Shown piece by piece: positions 17,534-17,980 of a stretch of DNA of 17,980 bases. The notes beneath the pieces were generated by a model, which was given only the letters and a program-made list of their open reading frames with translations, was not told where the DNA came from and ran no database searches. Location: assembly GCA_000388065.2 (NCBI GenBank), contig KB932210.1; one strand, written 5' to 3'. Origin of the DNA: Fonticula alba ATCC 38817 (taxonomy: Eukaryota > Protista > Nucleariida). Both the position numbers and the translations under genes were made by a program. The first letter of the stretch is position 1. Every line of letters begins with the position of its first letter.

Positions 17534-17980
17534 GTGCGTGTCCAGGCCCTCGGGCCTCCTTGTGCTGGCCTGCTCCCCCTGGCCCTGCCAAGATGCCTGT
17601 CGCGCTCCATATGCTTCCTTTCTGTCACCGGCGCCTATTTTCCCTGTTCTCTCCCTCCCGCCCCCCCTCTCTCCGCCTGTTGTGCCTGCGCTGATCGTCT
17701 TGCCTGTGGTGGTTGTCTTGCCTGCGCTGATCGTCTTGCCTGTGGTGGTTGTCTTGCCTGTGGTGATTGTCTTGCCTGTGGTGATTGTCTTGCCTGTGGT
17801 GATTGTCTTGACTGTGGTGATTGTCTTGCCTGTGGTGATTGTCTTGCCTGTGGTGATTGTCTTGCCTGTGGTGATTGTCTTACCTGTCCTGATCGTCTTA
17901 CCTGTTCTGATCGTCTTACCTGCACCGATCGTCTTACCTGTTCTGATTGTCTTACCTGCACTGATTGTCTTACCTGCACC
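17534..17980 (+). other. Intron 1 of gene 3 (probable; runs off the window end)
   Basis: GTGCGT donor and pyrimidine-rich tract at ~17605-17680. No AG occurs after 17592 on the + strand. Confidence 0.7.
17691..17978. repeat. 18-bp minisatellite, 16 complete units (consensus (G/C)TGAT(T/C)GTCTT(G/A)CCTG(T/C)N), probably continuing past the window
   Basis: Units read directly, e.g. GTGATTGTCTTGCCTGTG at 17763, 17781, 17817, 17835, 17853, with variants CTGATCGTCTTACCTGTT/GCA toward the 3' end. Confidence 0.95.

Noticed and set aside
17691-17978. CRISPR array, or a minus-strand QSPQAR-repeat protein (17635..17979)
   Set aside because: Units are contiguous with no unique spacers and the context is eukaryotic. 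The minus ORF is only a translation of the repeat, with no other support in the window.
1-17980. Very frequent CCGG / GCCGGC / CCGGCCGG palindromes
   Set aside because: These are explainable by CCG-GCC-GGC-CGG codon usage in Pro/Ala/Gly-rich proteins. Without a Markov-model enrichment test no special signal can be claimed.

Overview
Very GC-rich eukaryotic genomic DNA with spliceosomal introns. The window holds a head-to-tail (+ strand) array of three paralogous giant single-pass receptor-like kinase genes. Gene 1 is 5'-truncated: join(<3..1338,1477..6692), about 2183 aa. Gene 2 is complete: join(7472..8879,9098..13156,13247..13353,13437..13455,13596..13622,13736..13906,14005..14062,14139..14626,14868..15085), 6555 nt, 2184 aa. 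Gene 3 is represented only by exon 1 (16225..17533). Genes 1 and 2 share one architecture: signal peptide, unrecognised ~400-aa domain A, short Cys module, unrecognised ~430-aa domain B, ~850 aa of furin-like Cys-rich repeats, one transmembrane helix, and a TKL-like Ser/Thr-type kinase; gene 3 matches as far as it is visible (signal peptide, domain A, start of the Cys module). Both visible kinases are non-RD (HCD, HGD). Gene 2 keeps the catalytic residues. Gene 1 lacks the DFG Asp and the catalytic-loop Lys, so it is a probable pseudokinase, and it has none of the seven 3' introns seen in gene 2. Other content: two micro-exons, a GTNCG(T/C) donor consensus in 10/10 introns, a (GT)38 microsatellite, an 18-bp minisatellite, two N gaps and an Illumina-adapter assembly artefact at 15285-15877. 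The style suggests a GC-rich protist such as Fonticula alba, which is inference only. All gene models were spliced by hand, without RNA evidence or database searches.
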